A stretch of 62,610 nucleotides of DNA, filler included, from Dugesia japonica (taxonomy: Eukaryota): NCBI GenBank assembly GCA_001938525.1. It is 5 parts of 5 records of this genome, joined end to end, with 100 filler letters (N's around TTAATTAATTAA, not from the genome) between each part and the next. Parts side by side here need not be neighbours in the genome. Positions count along the whole stretch, not along the records: positions 48,526 to 62,610 come from MQRL01602986.1; 4 more parts are not named here. One strand, given 5' to 3'. Of the stretch, positions 51,361 to 62,610 are shown piece by piece. The position numbers were made by a program, and so were the translations under genes. The notes beneath the pieces were generated by a model, which was given only the letters and a program-made list of their open reading frames with translations, ran no database searches and was not told the origin of the DNA. Each line of letters begins with the position of its first letter. The stretch's first letter is position 1.

Positions 51361-53859
51361 CATTACACTCTTCCCACTTGCTACTTTAAACACAATTAGT
51401 AATAATACTGCATACATCCACTTGTTCCATTGATTTGTTAACGGGCTCCCATTTCTCGGCATCTCGGGATCAGGCTGAACCTCCCACTGTAATTGCGCTT
51501 GATTATTCACGGTTATTACTAAGATTACGATTGTCACTGCGAATGCTAATGCCGCTATTACTGCCGTTAACAGTTTCCGATTATCGTTAATCGTCTGGTT
51601 CACTACAATGGTTGGTCCTGCTGACCAATCTCGTTCCATTCCTATCACTTCATATGCGATCAACGCCATTAGCACATATATCCATTTACTCATTAGCTTA
51701 GTTTGTCTATTTGCTCCACTGGACATCATGGATGACTCATTAAACTCATACAATTTTGTCACTTGTACGGTGGTTGGCCATGCTACCGCTGTTAGCATTA
51801 CTAACCAAAAAATAATTATTGATACAGATATCAATGCTAAGCAAGTCCATATTGTCCTCCGACACTTTCTCAGAACGGCCGGCTTGGTTTCATCTTTTAG
51901 ATCTCCCGATTCATTTTCGTAAATATGATCATGTGATTCAGATTTTATCATTGCGTAGACATAATTTCCTTCCGACGTGTTGTTCCCATTCGTGGGTGGT
52001 TCTGGTAGTGGAGTTCCTCTACTCGGTCCTTTAATCGTGGCTTGATCTATCATTAAGTTAGTTTCTCGTTCGATTATTTGATTCATTTTTGCTCCACACT
52101 CATATTGACTTGTTCCAACCTTTCTTTTCTCTTGTTTCTCTTGAATTACTCTAATCTCCTGCATTAACTCAGGTGTGATCGGCATCTCAAACAAGACATT
52201 GCCCTTGAGGTCCATCATTCCAATCACTACTATCTCGTCCTCGACTTTGTCATTATCTTTTGTGTCGCCCTCAGGAATCCCGCAAAAGGTAAACATTTCT
52301 GCTTACGTTAGCGTTTTAGTCTTCGTTTCTGGTTCCGTGGTTCCATGACATTTTTGCAATCGTTTGCACCCTTCTCCTTTCCTCGACTCCTGTTCTCGTT
52401 CTTGTTTGGCTCTACGCTGCAGCGCTTGTAGGTACAATTTTTTCATCGCTTCACTCTCTTCTGCCATCAATGGATGTGGATAAACATCTGCTATTCTCTG
52501 GTACTCGATTACCATATCTTCACTTCTTCTTAATCGCTCTTCGCAAGCTTGTTCGGTAAGCGATTTTCCGTTGTACGATTCTTCAATTTTTAAATATTCC
52601 TCTAGTTTTTTGTAGAGCGCACCGTATTCTCTTTTATACTTTTGTTCATGATACTTCTGGAGTTCTTGATCTGTCAGCCATCTCTCCATCTTATCCCCAT
52701 ACTGTATCGTGGGGAATTTTTTTCCTGGACGTTCTGTACACCATTTGCGTTTTCTCACTTGATAATACGCTTGCATTTCCAACTCTTTCTCTTTAGGTAT
52801 GTCCGTTCCACGACTCAATACTGTTTCTACTGTTAATAATATAGCAGCTTCTATTTCCTTATTTTTCTACTTTCTTTGTCGCTCCTCTTCTGACGTTGGC
52901 CGCTCTCCAGACCTCTTTTTATCATTATCCTCTGATACTTCAGGCTTTCCTTCCTCTTTATGTTTCTGGGCCCATTTTTGATAACATCTTTCACCGTACG
53001 CTTCAATCTTTTCTAACACGGCTGTTGGCACCTCCACCCTATCTTTACAATACGCTCTCATCATGGCTATCGTTGCGGAATTAAATATTTCGTCTTCCTC
53101 AGATTCGACCCTCTGACTATTCTCTGCTTCATACTTCTTTCGTTGTGTTAAAAACTCCTTACATACATCCTCCTTTAGTTTCGTGATTTTTGGTGTATCG
53201 CTCGGTTCTGCATGCAGTGGTCGTCCGCTAAATTCACAATAGTCCCTCATTTTGCTTTTTATCACTTCCTCTAGTGAATCGTAACCATTTTCACCGTTAT
53301 CGTTATCTGAATAAGAATCCATCACTTCCATAGTCGCACTTTGAACTTGCCGTCTGTTATTTTTATTTTTTCTGTTCCTCTTTCTCCGATTTCTACTTTT
53401 ATTCGATGTGCCAGGCAGATTTTTCAGTCTGCTGTTGTTTTCCTGTTGCAGTTACTTCCCTGCTTTTTGTTGAATCTCTTGTTTATCTTTCTCTAATTTC
53501 TCCACCACTTGTTTGAATGCCTGCACCCATTGTAACGCATTTTTCAATTGTTCTACTTCAGGCTCCCTTCGCCCGTCATTTTCTTTTATAAATTGTACCA
53601 TTTCTGCCATCCTTTTGGCTTGCTCCACTTTATATTCCGCATCGTTTAGTCGTCCTTCATACTTTTCTTGACGCTTGCTGTGGGCTTCCCACATAGTTTT
53701 CAATTTTTGTTTATTCTCCTCGGAGATAGTTAATTGAACGTTCTGTCTCTTCAAATTGTAGTCTGTTTTATTGCTCTCTCGCATCTCTTTCATTATTTGT
53801 TTTTTGTCAATTAATTCTTTGTGAATTCTCCGTATTTGCTCATTGAACAACAACTCCAA
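51322..53859 (-). pseudogene. Single reading frame broken by three in-frame stops: coiled coils, charged helical region, four hydrophobic helices
   Basis: ORFs 53452-53859, 52867-53331, 52303-52818 and 51322-52296 share one frame, and the linkers between them translate openly. Confidence 0.75.
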
Positions 53860-55700
53860 TCACTCCCCCCGTTTGAGAAATCGACGTCCTCGTCGATGCC
53901 CTCTGCCTGACTCTTAGTTCTACTCCACCGTTCCTTTGGTGTTATTGGTGTCAACGATTCTCCTTTAACTGGTATGGCTTGGCCTAGCTTTAACCATTTC
54001 CTGGCCTCGTGCAACACATTCATTGCCTCTTGCAATTGACCGCGCATATCGATTGCGCATTTCAAACACATTTCTTTGTATACCACTTCCAGCACGTGCA
54101 ACTCCACTTGAACTTTCTCGTTCACACAACTCACACAATATGCACTGTGCCACACTCCTGTTTCCAGTAACCATTGGCCTCTGCGTTCGACTTGTAATAA
54201 CGACCGTTTATTACTACGCTTCGTATTTCGGTAACATCTTTTACATAACTTCATGATATCCTTCTCAGTGATTGGGCATCTGGTCGGCTTCCATGCTCTA
54301 CATTTATTGCATACCGTCGATTCGATCTCATCGTTTTCCGTTGATGCCGGCTGATCCTTATAGATCCAAAACTCCTCATTCTTTGTAGTAACTATCTGAA
54401 CACCGGTCAGACTTGGTTGGCATAGCGGTCTCCATCCACTCTGAGGAATTAGTCCATTCATGTTATATCGTCCGCATCTTGGATTGTCGCATTTTCGATT
54501 TCCTTTCTTCCAGTCGTCCGTCACTGAAGAATAATATTGATTAAGCATGCCTCGTCTATTTTCATGAATATTTAATTGATCAGTTAATTTAAATTTTTGT
54601 AAGATTTCGTCATGAGTTAATTCTATATCTCGTCTAATAGGATTGGCCACTGTTGATCCTCTCATATGTACATGTAGGCACTCCAATTCATTGTCAATAA
54701 TTCCTTTAGGCAACCATTACACCATTGCTGATATAAATCAGCGTCTACTTTCAGTTTGAATGTTATTTCATTACACTGTTCAAAGGTGGAACTATAGGGT
54801 TCCTTTCTATCTTCTCGTAATGATTCTCGTTGGACACTTTTGTCCATCAATGTTAAGTTATCATAGCTCGATTGTAAACAGTGAAAACATGCTTGGCTCA
54901 TAAGCACTTTATTCAATGGCACTTTATTCAAAGATTTCGTACAGTGGCATATTTTACATCGCAAGACTAGATTCTCCTGATTGCATGTACTCGGATTGAC
55001 ATCTACCGCTTTGATAGCTTTCTCAGCTTTAATACTCCTGCTTAAGATAAACTGATCTTGCTTTTTGCTGGTAACTATTTGAATCACTAACAGACATGGC
55101 TTGCATATCTGCTTTTCCAGATTACGCACACGACCTTCTGGCTCGATGGATTGCCCACATAGTGGATTATTACATGTTCGACTCCCTTGAGTCACTCGTT
55201 CCTTTATAGACGAGTAATATTGTCTCAATATAGCACCGTCATTCTCACAGGTATCTGAATTATTAACTACCTCATATTGTTGTACAATCTCAGTCGGCGC
55301 TGGTTCTATATTCCATCGTACAGGATTTGCAGCTGTCAACACTTTTAAGTGTTTATGTATACACTTAATCTCTGTTGTAGCAATTCTTTGTGCGAAGCTC
55401 AAACAACTTCAGCACCACTGTTGGTATTCACTTGTTACACTTGGTAATTTAATCGATGTCCGACCACATAATTCGCATGATAATTTGTTCATAATAAACT
55501 TTCCTCTCCCTTGTTGGGTAGATTCCCGACTCAAATTCTCCACTAACTCTGCTACATCATCACACATAACCCGCTATCAATGATAACATGCTTTTTCAAT
55601 AAGCTCTTTGTTTAATGGCACCGAATCCGGTTTTGTTGCCACACAGAATATACACCACTTTTCTTGTTTAACACTTTCCTTTTCTTGAATTTCACCCTTA
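53811..55700 (-). pseudogene. Tandem Cys-rich (CxxC) repeat protein region
   Basis: ANP[VI]R..IE...L.QYYSS...G.R.C.NP.CG...C.P.L..[IV]QIVT.K shared by 54662-55402 and 53811-54713. A further partial copy lies at 55400-55660. Confidence 0.75.
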
Positions 55701-55848
55701 GTACTTTTGGTTTTACTGGTCTTCGTATTCATCATCATTATTTGTGTTCTGGATCTAATTGAGTATCAATCTTCCTCATTGATTAACTTCGTTTTGAAAC
55801 TCAGCCGCTTCTTAACTTTTGGTTTGACCTCCTCTTCATTCTCTTCTG

Positions 55849-57306
55849 CTATTGGCTTGTGGCTGCTATTGTTTCTTCCTCGCTACTTTTATCATTAGCT
55901 TCCTTCGTTGCTGCTAATTTACATCTTGATACATGAACAATACTTGGCTTCTTGAGTGGCTTTCCCACTTCCTTTACTTTTAGATTTGTTGCAGTTGTCT
56001 CTAACACTAAATAAGGTCCTTTATTTGGTCGTTTTNNNNNNNNNNNNNNNNNNNNNNNNNNNNNNNNNNNNNNNNNNNNNNNNNNNNNNNNNNNNNNNAA
56101 CGTATGAGGCTTTGTATCTCGATCATACAATTCCTTATAACGCTCTTGATTAAATTACGCATTTAGCGCTGCCAATCTCCATATTTCTTGCATTCTCTCT
56201 TTCATGCCGGTGACGTAATAATCCTTGTCCATGTATTGCGGTATTGGCGGCTGATGCTCTAAATCTATTGGCATATTACATTCTACACCATACATTAATT
56301 TAAAAGTTGACGCTTTTGTCGCGGGATGTTCTCCCATCCGATATGCAAATAAACATAAATTCAAATGTTTGTCCCAATCTCGCTGGGATTTCGTCGCATA
56401 ACTCGATAACATTCTAGTCAATGTCTGATTAAACCGCTCCGTCATTCTATCCGTTTGCGGATGATACGCCGATGTNCGTACTTTATGAATATTAAAATAA
56501 CTAGTCACTTCTTTCATTAATTCACTCATGAAATTCTTTCCTTGATCTGTCAATATCTTTTTCGGTGGGCCATATCGACTGAATAATTTATCTACTAATA
56601 CTCTTGCGATTGTTGACGCTTTTTGATCCTTTAATGCAAATGCCTCGGTAAATTTTGATTAATAATCCACTACTGTCAAGATATACGCTTTTCCACTGTC
56701 CGTTGGCGGGAATGGTCAGATTATATCCATTGCAATTATATCCATTGGTGCCGCTAGCACTGGTATTGGTTGTAACGCAACTTTAAATTTCTTTCCAGTT
56801 CCTTTTGTTGCCTCACAAATCTCGCATTTACTAATCCATTCTCTCACACATGTCGTAATATGAGGCCAATAATATTTTGCTCGTTATTTGGATTCAGTTT
56901 TCTTTGCTGACATATGACCTCCGAGAACTCCATTATGATATTGTTCAAGTATTCTTGCTCTTCTACATTTTGGTATTACCAGTAACAGTTGATCACCTTC
57001 CTTCTTCATTAACCATTCGTTTACCACAGTGTATCTACCACCTCGTTTCTTTAAATGTTTCTTCATCGCCTTGTTACACTCCATTTTACTTAAGTCAAAG
57101 TGAGCTATATATTCTAAGATTATTTTTACTTCCTCGTCTTCGTCCTGATCCTTTTTCAATCCGGTAAAATCTTTATTCTCTGCCAATATCATACATAGAG
57201 ATCGTATGTCTCGATTCATTAATTGTTGTAAGTCTATCCATTCACCTCTGGTTGATTTATTTTCTACCAATTCCTCTGGTTTGTCTGTAAATTTTGCTCT
57301 TGACAT
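55849..57306 (-). pseudogene. Ty3/Gypsy integrase (HHCC, DDE core, GPY domain)
   Basis: YHNGVLGGHM, YWP...C.IC, IAMDII, LTDQGKNF, TSAYHPQ..MTERFNQTL and KGPY; contains stops. Confidence 0.93.
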
Positions 57307-57404
57307 ATAATCTGCATTTGAATTTGCTTTTCCTGTTTTGTATTNNNNNNNNNNNNNNNNNNNNNNNNNNNNNNNNNNNNNNNNNNNNNNNNNNNNNNNN
57401 NNNN

Positions 57405-59220
57405 TTTTGTCCGATCATTGTTATCGGCTGATGATCTGTATAGATTACTAATGGATGTCCAAGTATTAACTGATTAAAGTGTTTTACAATTTTAATTACA
57501 ATGCTCAGTATGTCAACGTTTGGTAATTCGCTTGATTGGATTGTCAGTGATGCCCTCTTTTCTGACAAAGGCGCGAGATATTTGATTTGGCATTTATTCA
57601 ACGAAATCATTATATTTTCAGTTGTCCTTAAATAGAAATGAGGCCAAATTAGTTCGTTATATAAACGCATTCTCCGACTCTCTAACAACGTTATTACCAT
57701 AGTGGTTCCAGGTTTCAGACAGTATTCATAAATATGGGCATTTACATCATTGATGCTAACTACTGACACTGGTGTACAAACAATATATTCACCTATGGGA
57801 TTTGCCCATTCAACCTCCTCCAACGCATTGAGTAAATCCTTTACCGTCGTTCCTTTCAGTTTTAACACCCGTGGGATGTTACACTTGGTCGCCACTGGTA
57901 CTTTCTTCAAAACTTGATCCATCGTAATGTATGCAGTTCTATCCTCATCCGGTCTCCAGGATTCCATTGCTTTGATTTTATAATCCTCCACGGTTGTATT
58001 TCCTAACAACTCTTTCTCATACTCAAGAATTATTGGTCTCCACTTTTGATTGGTTATCAGGTCTATATGTCCTGGCTCCGCTAATTCAACCAAGTGATTC
58101 ATTAATTTCCAATAAGCCTTTCTGGTTAATTCATCTTTCAATAATTTAGCATCCTTTATGACTGTTTCTACATAATCATACACTCTTGTTTTGTATCTAA
58201 TCGGTGCTTTTGATCTCGCTGGATCGCTTTTGGTTATCATACTGATTTGAGCCACGGTATTTTCGGTTTTCGATGCTCCTCTTGTTTTCCGGGTCATTGG
58301 CTGTCTGATCTCCTTTACCACATCCGCCAGAAATCCCTGCTGTAATTTACTTATTCCTTTGGTTGTGGTTGTTGACTCCGTTTGTACTAACACCATGTAC
58401 TTGTGATATTTCTTTTCAAATGATTTTACTATTTGCTCAGTTGTTCTGAAATCAAAATAATACCANNNNNNNNNNNNNNNNNNNNNNNNNNNNNNNNNNN
58501 NNNNNNNNNNNNNNNAATGCGATGCATTTCTACTAAATCTATTAACTTTATTGTTGTTTTACCTGGCCAGACTCCATATTCCGATATATTTGCTTTAGCA
58601 TCACCTTGTTCTATCACTCTGGTTCGAGAACACAAAACATACTCTTTGATCGGCTTTGGCCATGCCAGTTCATTTACTGCTTGTAATAATCCACTTACAG
58701 TAGTATCGTTTAACACAATTTTCCTAGGTATATCTTGATATTTCATTTCAGTTGAATCTTCATCTATGACTCGCTCGTAAGCATTAATACTATAATCATC
58801 GGGTTTCGTGTGACTACGAATTTCCGATTCATAGTCCTGCGCCTGAGGAAACCACACTTCACTGGTGTACACATCTAATTCACCTGACTCCATTAACTCC
58901 AACACATGATTCATCATTGCCCAGTATTCTTCTTGGTAAACTACTGTCTTGAATGTTTGAATCATTGTAACTTTATCCTCCACTTGTCTCGTTATCACCG
59001 CTCTTTTTGCTGTTAATTGTGCTGGTAGTTCTACCTCCATTGGCTGAGCTTTCATGATATTTATTCGTCCTTGATTATTCTCTCGCTTTTGCATTCTCTC
59101 TCTAGCTACTTGTTGTTCTTCTAATTGCAACTGTAGATACTCCTGCTCTTGTTTCAATTTCTCAAATACTCGTTGCTCAGTTTCATCTTGCCTACGCCTA
59201 TCTTGTTGCATTAGATTCAC
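57405..59220 (-). CDS. Coiled coil + two tandem novel domains (ubiquitin/UBX-like C-half) fused to an RNase H C-terminal remnant
   Basis: Internal duplication YWxxMNHxxELxExG...IPR...TTVxxLLxAxxExxWxxPIxEYxxC...DxxAxIxEYxxxPGxT, then IVKHFNQLILGHPLVIYTDHQP. Confidence 0.7.
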
Positions 59221-59316
59221 TTGTTGTTGATTTTGGTTTCGATTATTTTTATCTGGTCCCTTAATTTATCGTTTTTGTCCATCATTTTCCCAATGGCCTG
59301 ATTGTTTCTCGATTTA

Positions 59317-60830
59317 TTATTGTAATTTGTATTCCCATATTTGTATTCCCAATTTGGGATTCCCATAGCCCGATCTTTGATTATTCTGGAAACAGTTCCT
59401 ACTCGCGTGACCTGGTTTATTGCATGTATAACACATGAGTGATTTTGTGATGAAGCAGTTCTCTGCTTTATGTCCTTGTTTCTGACAATTTGTACATATC
59501 ATTGCTGATCTGCAATCACTGGCATAGTGACCGAGTTTACCACAGTTATAGCAGGTAATTCCCTGTGGTTGCTGCAACGCTCCTTGTCTATTACCTCCAT
59601 TTGATCTTGTATTATTATTTGATTGTCGCGGTGGGGGTCTACTCTGACCTNNNNNNNNNNNNNNNNNNNNNNNNNNNNNNNNNNNNNNNNNNNNNNNNNN
59701 GGTCTACTCTGACCTGGTGACAGCCCTCTCAATAATGGTTGAGTTCTGGCAGGTATAAAATCTGCAATTTTCGGCTCGCTTTTCTTTTCCTCTTTTCGCT
59801 TTTCAATTTTAAAAACACTTACTTGCTTTTGATTCATTTCCACTTTATGTGCTACCATCGCCGCGTTTATTGCCATATCCACCGTTGTTGGTTGAGATAG
59901 ATTTACCCATTTTTTCACTTCTGCATTTCTAAGTCCTTTGATAAAAATACCGAGCACCGTTGGATCATCCAACTTATCTTTCATCACCAATTTGCCGAGT
60001 TTACGTAATTTTGTTGCGTATGCCTGAAAAGTTTCATTTCTTAGTTGTCTTCGACCAACGAACTCTTGAATCTCTTGTCCCTGCAACATTAATGGTTTGA
60101 AATTTTCTAATAATCCTTCCTTAGCTTTTCCCCAGGTATCAACGGGTTCTTTACAATTATTAATTTTATCCAAGTAAATAGTTTTAGCGGAATCCTTTAA
60201 AAATAGAGGTAATCGATCTGCTGGTCTCTTGTCACTCCATTGAAAGGTTTGTACATGTATCCCATATGCCGCAATAAAATCATTTAATTTCTCCGGTTGT
60301 CCGTTAAAATAATCTCCATTAAACTCCATTTTCCATTCCGAACTCCGTTTCGATTTCTGTTCACTTGTACTCTTGTCCTCGTCTGACGATTTCGAATTCT
60401 CCTCGTTGTCTTTTTCTTTACCGGGGGTTGACATGGTATCAGTATCACTTGATTCCGAACTTGATTCCGAATATTGTCGAATTCTACTTGACGCTCTTGT
60501 CGTAGGTATACTATCAGTAACTGATCTAGATTTGTAAAAACTTTCCAGATCAAGGTCTTCTACCGAATTGGCTCTTGAGTAATTTNGTTCNGTTATGNTA
60601 TCAAATTCTCCTTGTACGTCGTCGTTAGACGGGAACGAATTGGGTGATTTGGATGCTGAAATTGATAGAGATTGGTTGAATTGTCGAGACGGTCTATTGT
60701 AGGAGACCGATCGCTTTATTTTAGCTGAATTGGGTCGTTTAACTACAAATGACCTTCTATGTTCGGTACTTTCTCTAAAATTGTAGCGGGGTTCTTGATT
60801 ATCTATGATTGCTTATTTGCTTGGTTCATA
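59317..60830 (-). CDS. Gag with capsid-like domain and three CCHC zinc knuckles
   Basis: FNGQPE...LKDSAKTIY...RRQLRNETFQAYATKL...FIKGL; CYNCGKLGHYASDC, CTNCQKQGHKAENC, CYTCNKPGHASRNC. A Ser-rich N-terminal extension reads upstream of 60434. Confidence 0.92.
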
Positions 60831-61350
60831 GATTGATTGGTTTATCTCGAATTTTGGAATATTGGAATATTTTGGTTTCTGAAAATAAATAAGATGGCCC
60901 TACGGCTTCTGNACGCATTCAAATAGTATTATCGCATTNGTTAATTGACTACTTTTAACTACTTTTAACTACCAATTGATACTCCTAATAACCAATTACT
61001 ACACTACGAAACATTATCATACTTGATTTCTATCACTTTAGCAGCACATTTACGTAATTTACTTTTATTACTCATTAATTTATTATACATAAGCAGCAAT
61101 TTTATTTGTTTATGTCTATTGAAATACCCACTTCAATATTTACTGTTCTAGGACAGTTCCACTCAGATTAGTAATTCCAATTATAATTTTTATAGTTTAC
61201 AACTTACAACACTCATATACTTAATTGTCTGGTAATTTTCAGATGTGCCTTTGACACATTACTCCAATAAACTCCATCAATTCATTTCATCTACTTGTAA
61301 CTGATTTCTCCTTTATTCCGTAATGCATTTTTTTTCTTTCACTGCTGATA

Positions 61351-62085
61351 GAAAATTTCCGCCTGCTCCTGGCAAACCTTTTCAATGAAAGCTCTTTAAT
61401 TTACTGAAAGCCTCAAATATTTCACCATAAAATTTGCTTAAATCCTTAATTTCACTTTTACCCAACATTTCGCATTGAAACATTTCCGCCTGTTCATGGC
61501 AATTTGTCTTCCTGTCAAATTTTCTTAATTGATCAATACCCACTTTATCTCCATCTCATTTTCCTTAACGGAACAATCCAGCCTGTCCCTGGCAATTTAT
61601 CTTCCAAATAACTTTTATACTAATTGATGATTAATTCATTCCGACTTCATATCTCATGTTGGGACAAACCCACCTGCCCTGGTAGTTTATCCTCCGGATA
61701 AACTTTTAATATCAATTAACACTTCTTTTGTTTCAACTCCTTTTTGACATGGAAACATTCCCGCCTGTTCCTGGCAGTTTATACCCCTGATAAACTTTTA
61801 TTATCCCTTTACATTTGCTGCATCCTAACTTTATTTTCACATGGGTACAATTTCGCCTGTCCTGGCAGTTTATACCCTTGATAAACTTTCACAACTAATC
61901 AATGATTCGATTATCTTCCTTTAACTTGTCCATTCATAGAACTATTTACTCAATTTTTCCACGATTCATTTCGCTTTAACTCATCTCAATATCTAATTTG
62001 TCGGTTATACCTCTCCCTTCATCACTTCACATTAGTACTCCTCAATATCTACAATGGAACTCTTGCGCCGATCCCTGGAAAATTT
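61351..62085. repeat. Array of ~7 units with a conserved GCCTGTYCCTGGCARTTTAT core
   Basis: Cores at 61361, 61488, 61581, 61672, 61763, 61855 and a degenerate one at 62067. Confidence 0.85.
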
Positions 62086-62610
62086 CCTTGTGAAATTTTA
62101 TAAGTTCAAAGTTCTGCCTGCATAATAATTATCAATAAACCTCTCCCCAACTTATTTATTTTAACCACACACTCGGGCAGTTTTCATTACTTCTCCAAAC
62201 TTAACTATACCCTCGGATAGTTTTATTATTTCTCTCACTTAAACTATACGCTTAGATAGTTTTATTATTTCCGACCAGATCTTCCTTAGTACTCTTCTCG
62301 GTGGCCAACCGACAAAGTATCCGGAACGAATTACTGGTAATTAACTCACTACTCCAATATTTGTTTCAATATCTTTCATTTAGTTCTGTTATCATTTTCC
62401 TCCAAAAAATTTCAATCTTTTTCATACTAGTTTATTTGCTTTGAACACTCTCTCTATACAGCCGGTAGTCTATTTTTTCAGCTCCAGCTGGGCGACAATT
62501 TCGATCCTCAACTAACAATAATGCTTTAATCTCTCACTACTTGAGTCAGTTGACAGTCTATTTCGATTCAGCTCCAACCGCTCGCTAATGTGAAGGTTCT
62601 CAGTCAGGAT

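Larger units (their letters stand above)
48902..62610 (-). mobile_element. Large Ty3/Gypsy-derived element lacking protease and RT, with ~7 kb of 3' cargo
   Basis: Continuous minus-strand coding: gag, novel tandem domains, RNase H remnant, integrase, cargo. LTRs not identified in the window. Confidence 0.8.

Noticed and set aside
49771-58738. Plus-strand ORFs over the large element (e.g. 49771-50496, 51608-51922)
   Set aside because: Antisense shadows of minus-strand coding sequence, with no recognisable motifs.
61351-62085. CRISPR array
   Set aside because: Repeats are degenerate, the context is a eukaryotic retroelement, and no cas genes are present.
62470-62580. TGGAGCTGAA (minus strand, twice) as the primer-binding site of the large element
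   Set aside because: Cannot be matched to a tRNA 3' end or an LTR boundary from this window alone.

Overview
AT-rich animal (probably invertebrate) genomic DNA made of five separate scaffolds joined by artificial 100-nt spacers (N44-TTAATTAATTAA-N44 at 8524, 27702, 37173 and 48426). Adjacency across spacers is therefore not biological. Scaffolds 1-3 are dominated by decayed Polinton/Maverick (adintovirus-like) copies: protein-primed PolB, adenain protease, penton, packaging ATPase, a pX-like protein and a capsid fragment. These are nested with Ty3/Gypsy, mariner and hAT relics and a 116-bp perfectly bounded mini-Polinton hairpin with a 6-bp TSD. Scaffold 4 carries two head-to-head D-amino-acid-oxidase-family host genes. 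The most unusual content is a pair of Ty3/Gypsy-type elements with similar integrase C-termini that carry long, different cargo downstream of integrase. The first (21.7-26.8 kb) has an FN3-like/Thr-rich/TM protein, a dead DEDDh exonuclease and an RNF10-like RING ligase. The second (>13.7 kb, 48.9-62.6 kb) has protease and reverse transcriptase replaced by two tandem ubiquitin/UBX-like domains. It continues with tandem Cys-rich repeats, coiled coils and membrane proteins, and has a ~91-nt repeat array upstream of gag. All domain assignments are by eye from motifs; no searches were run.
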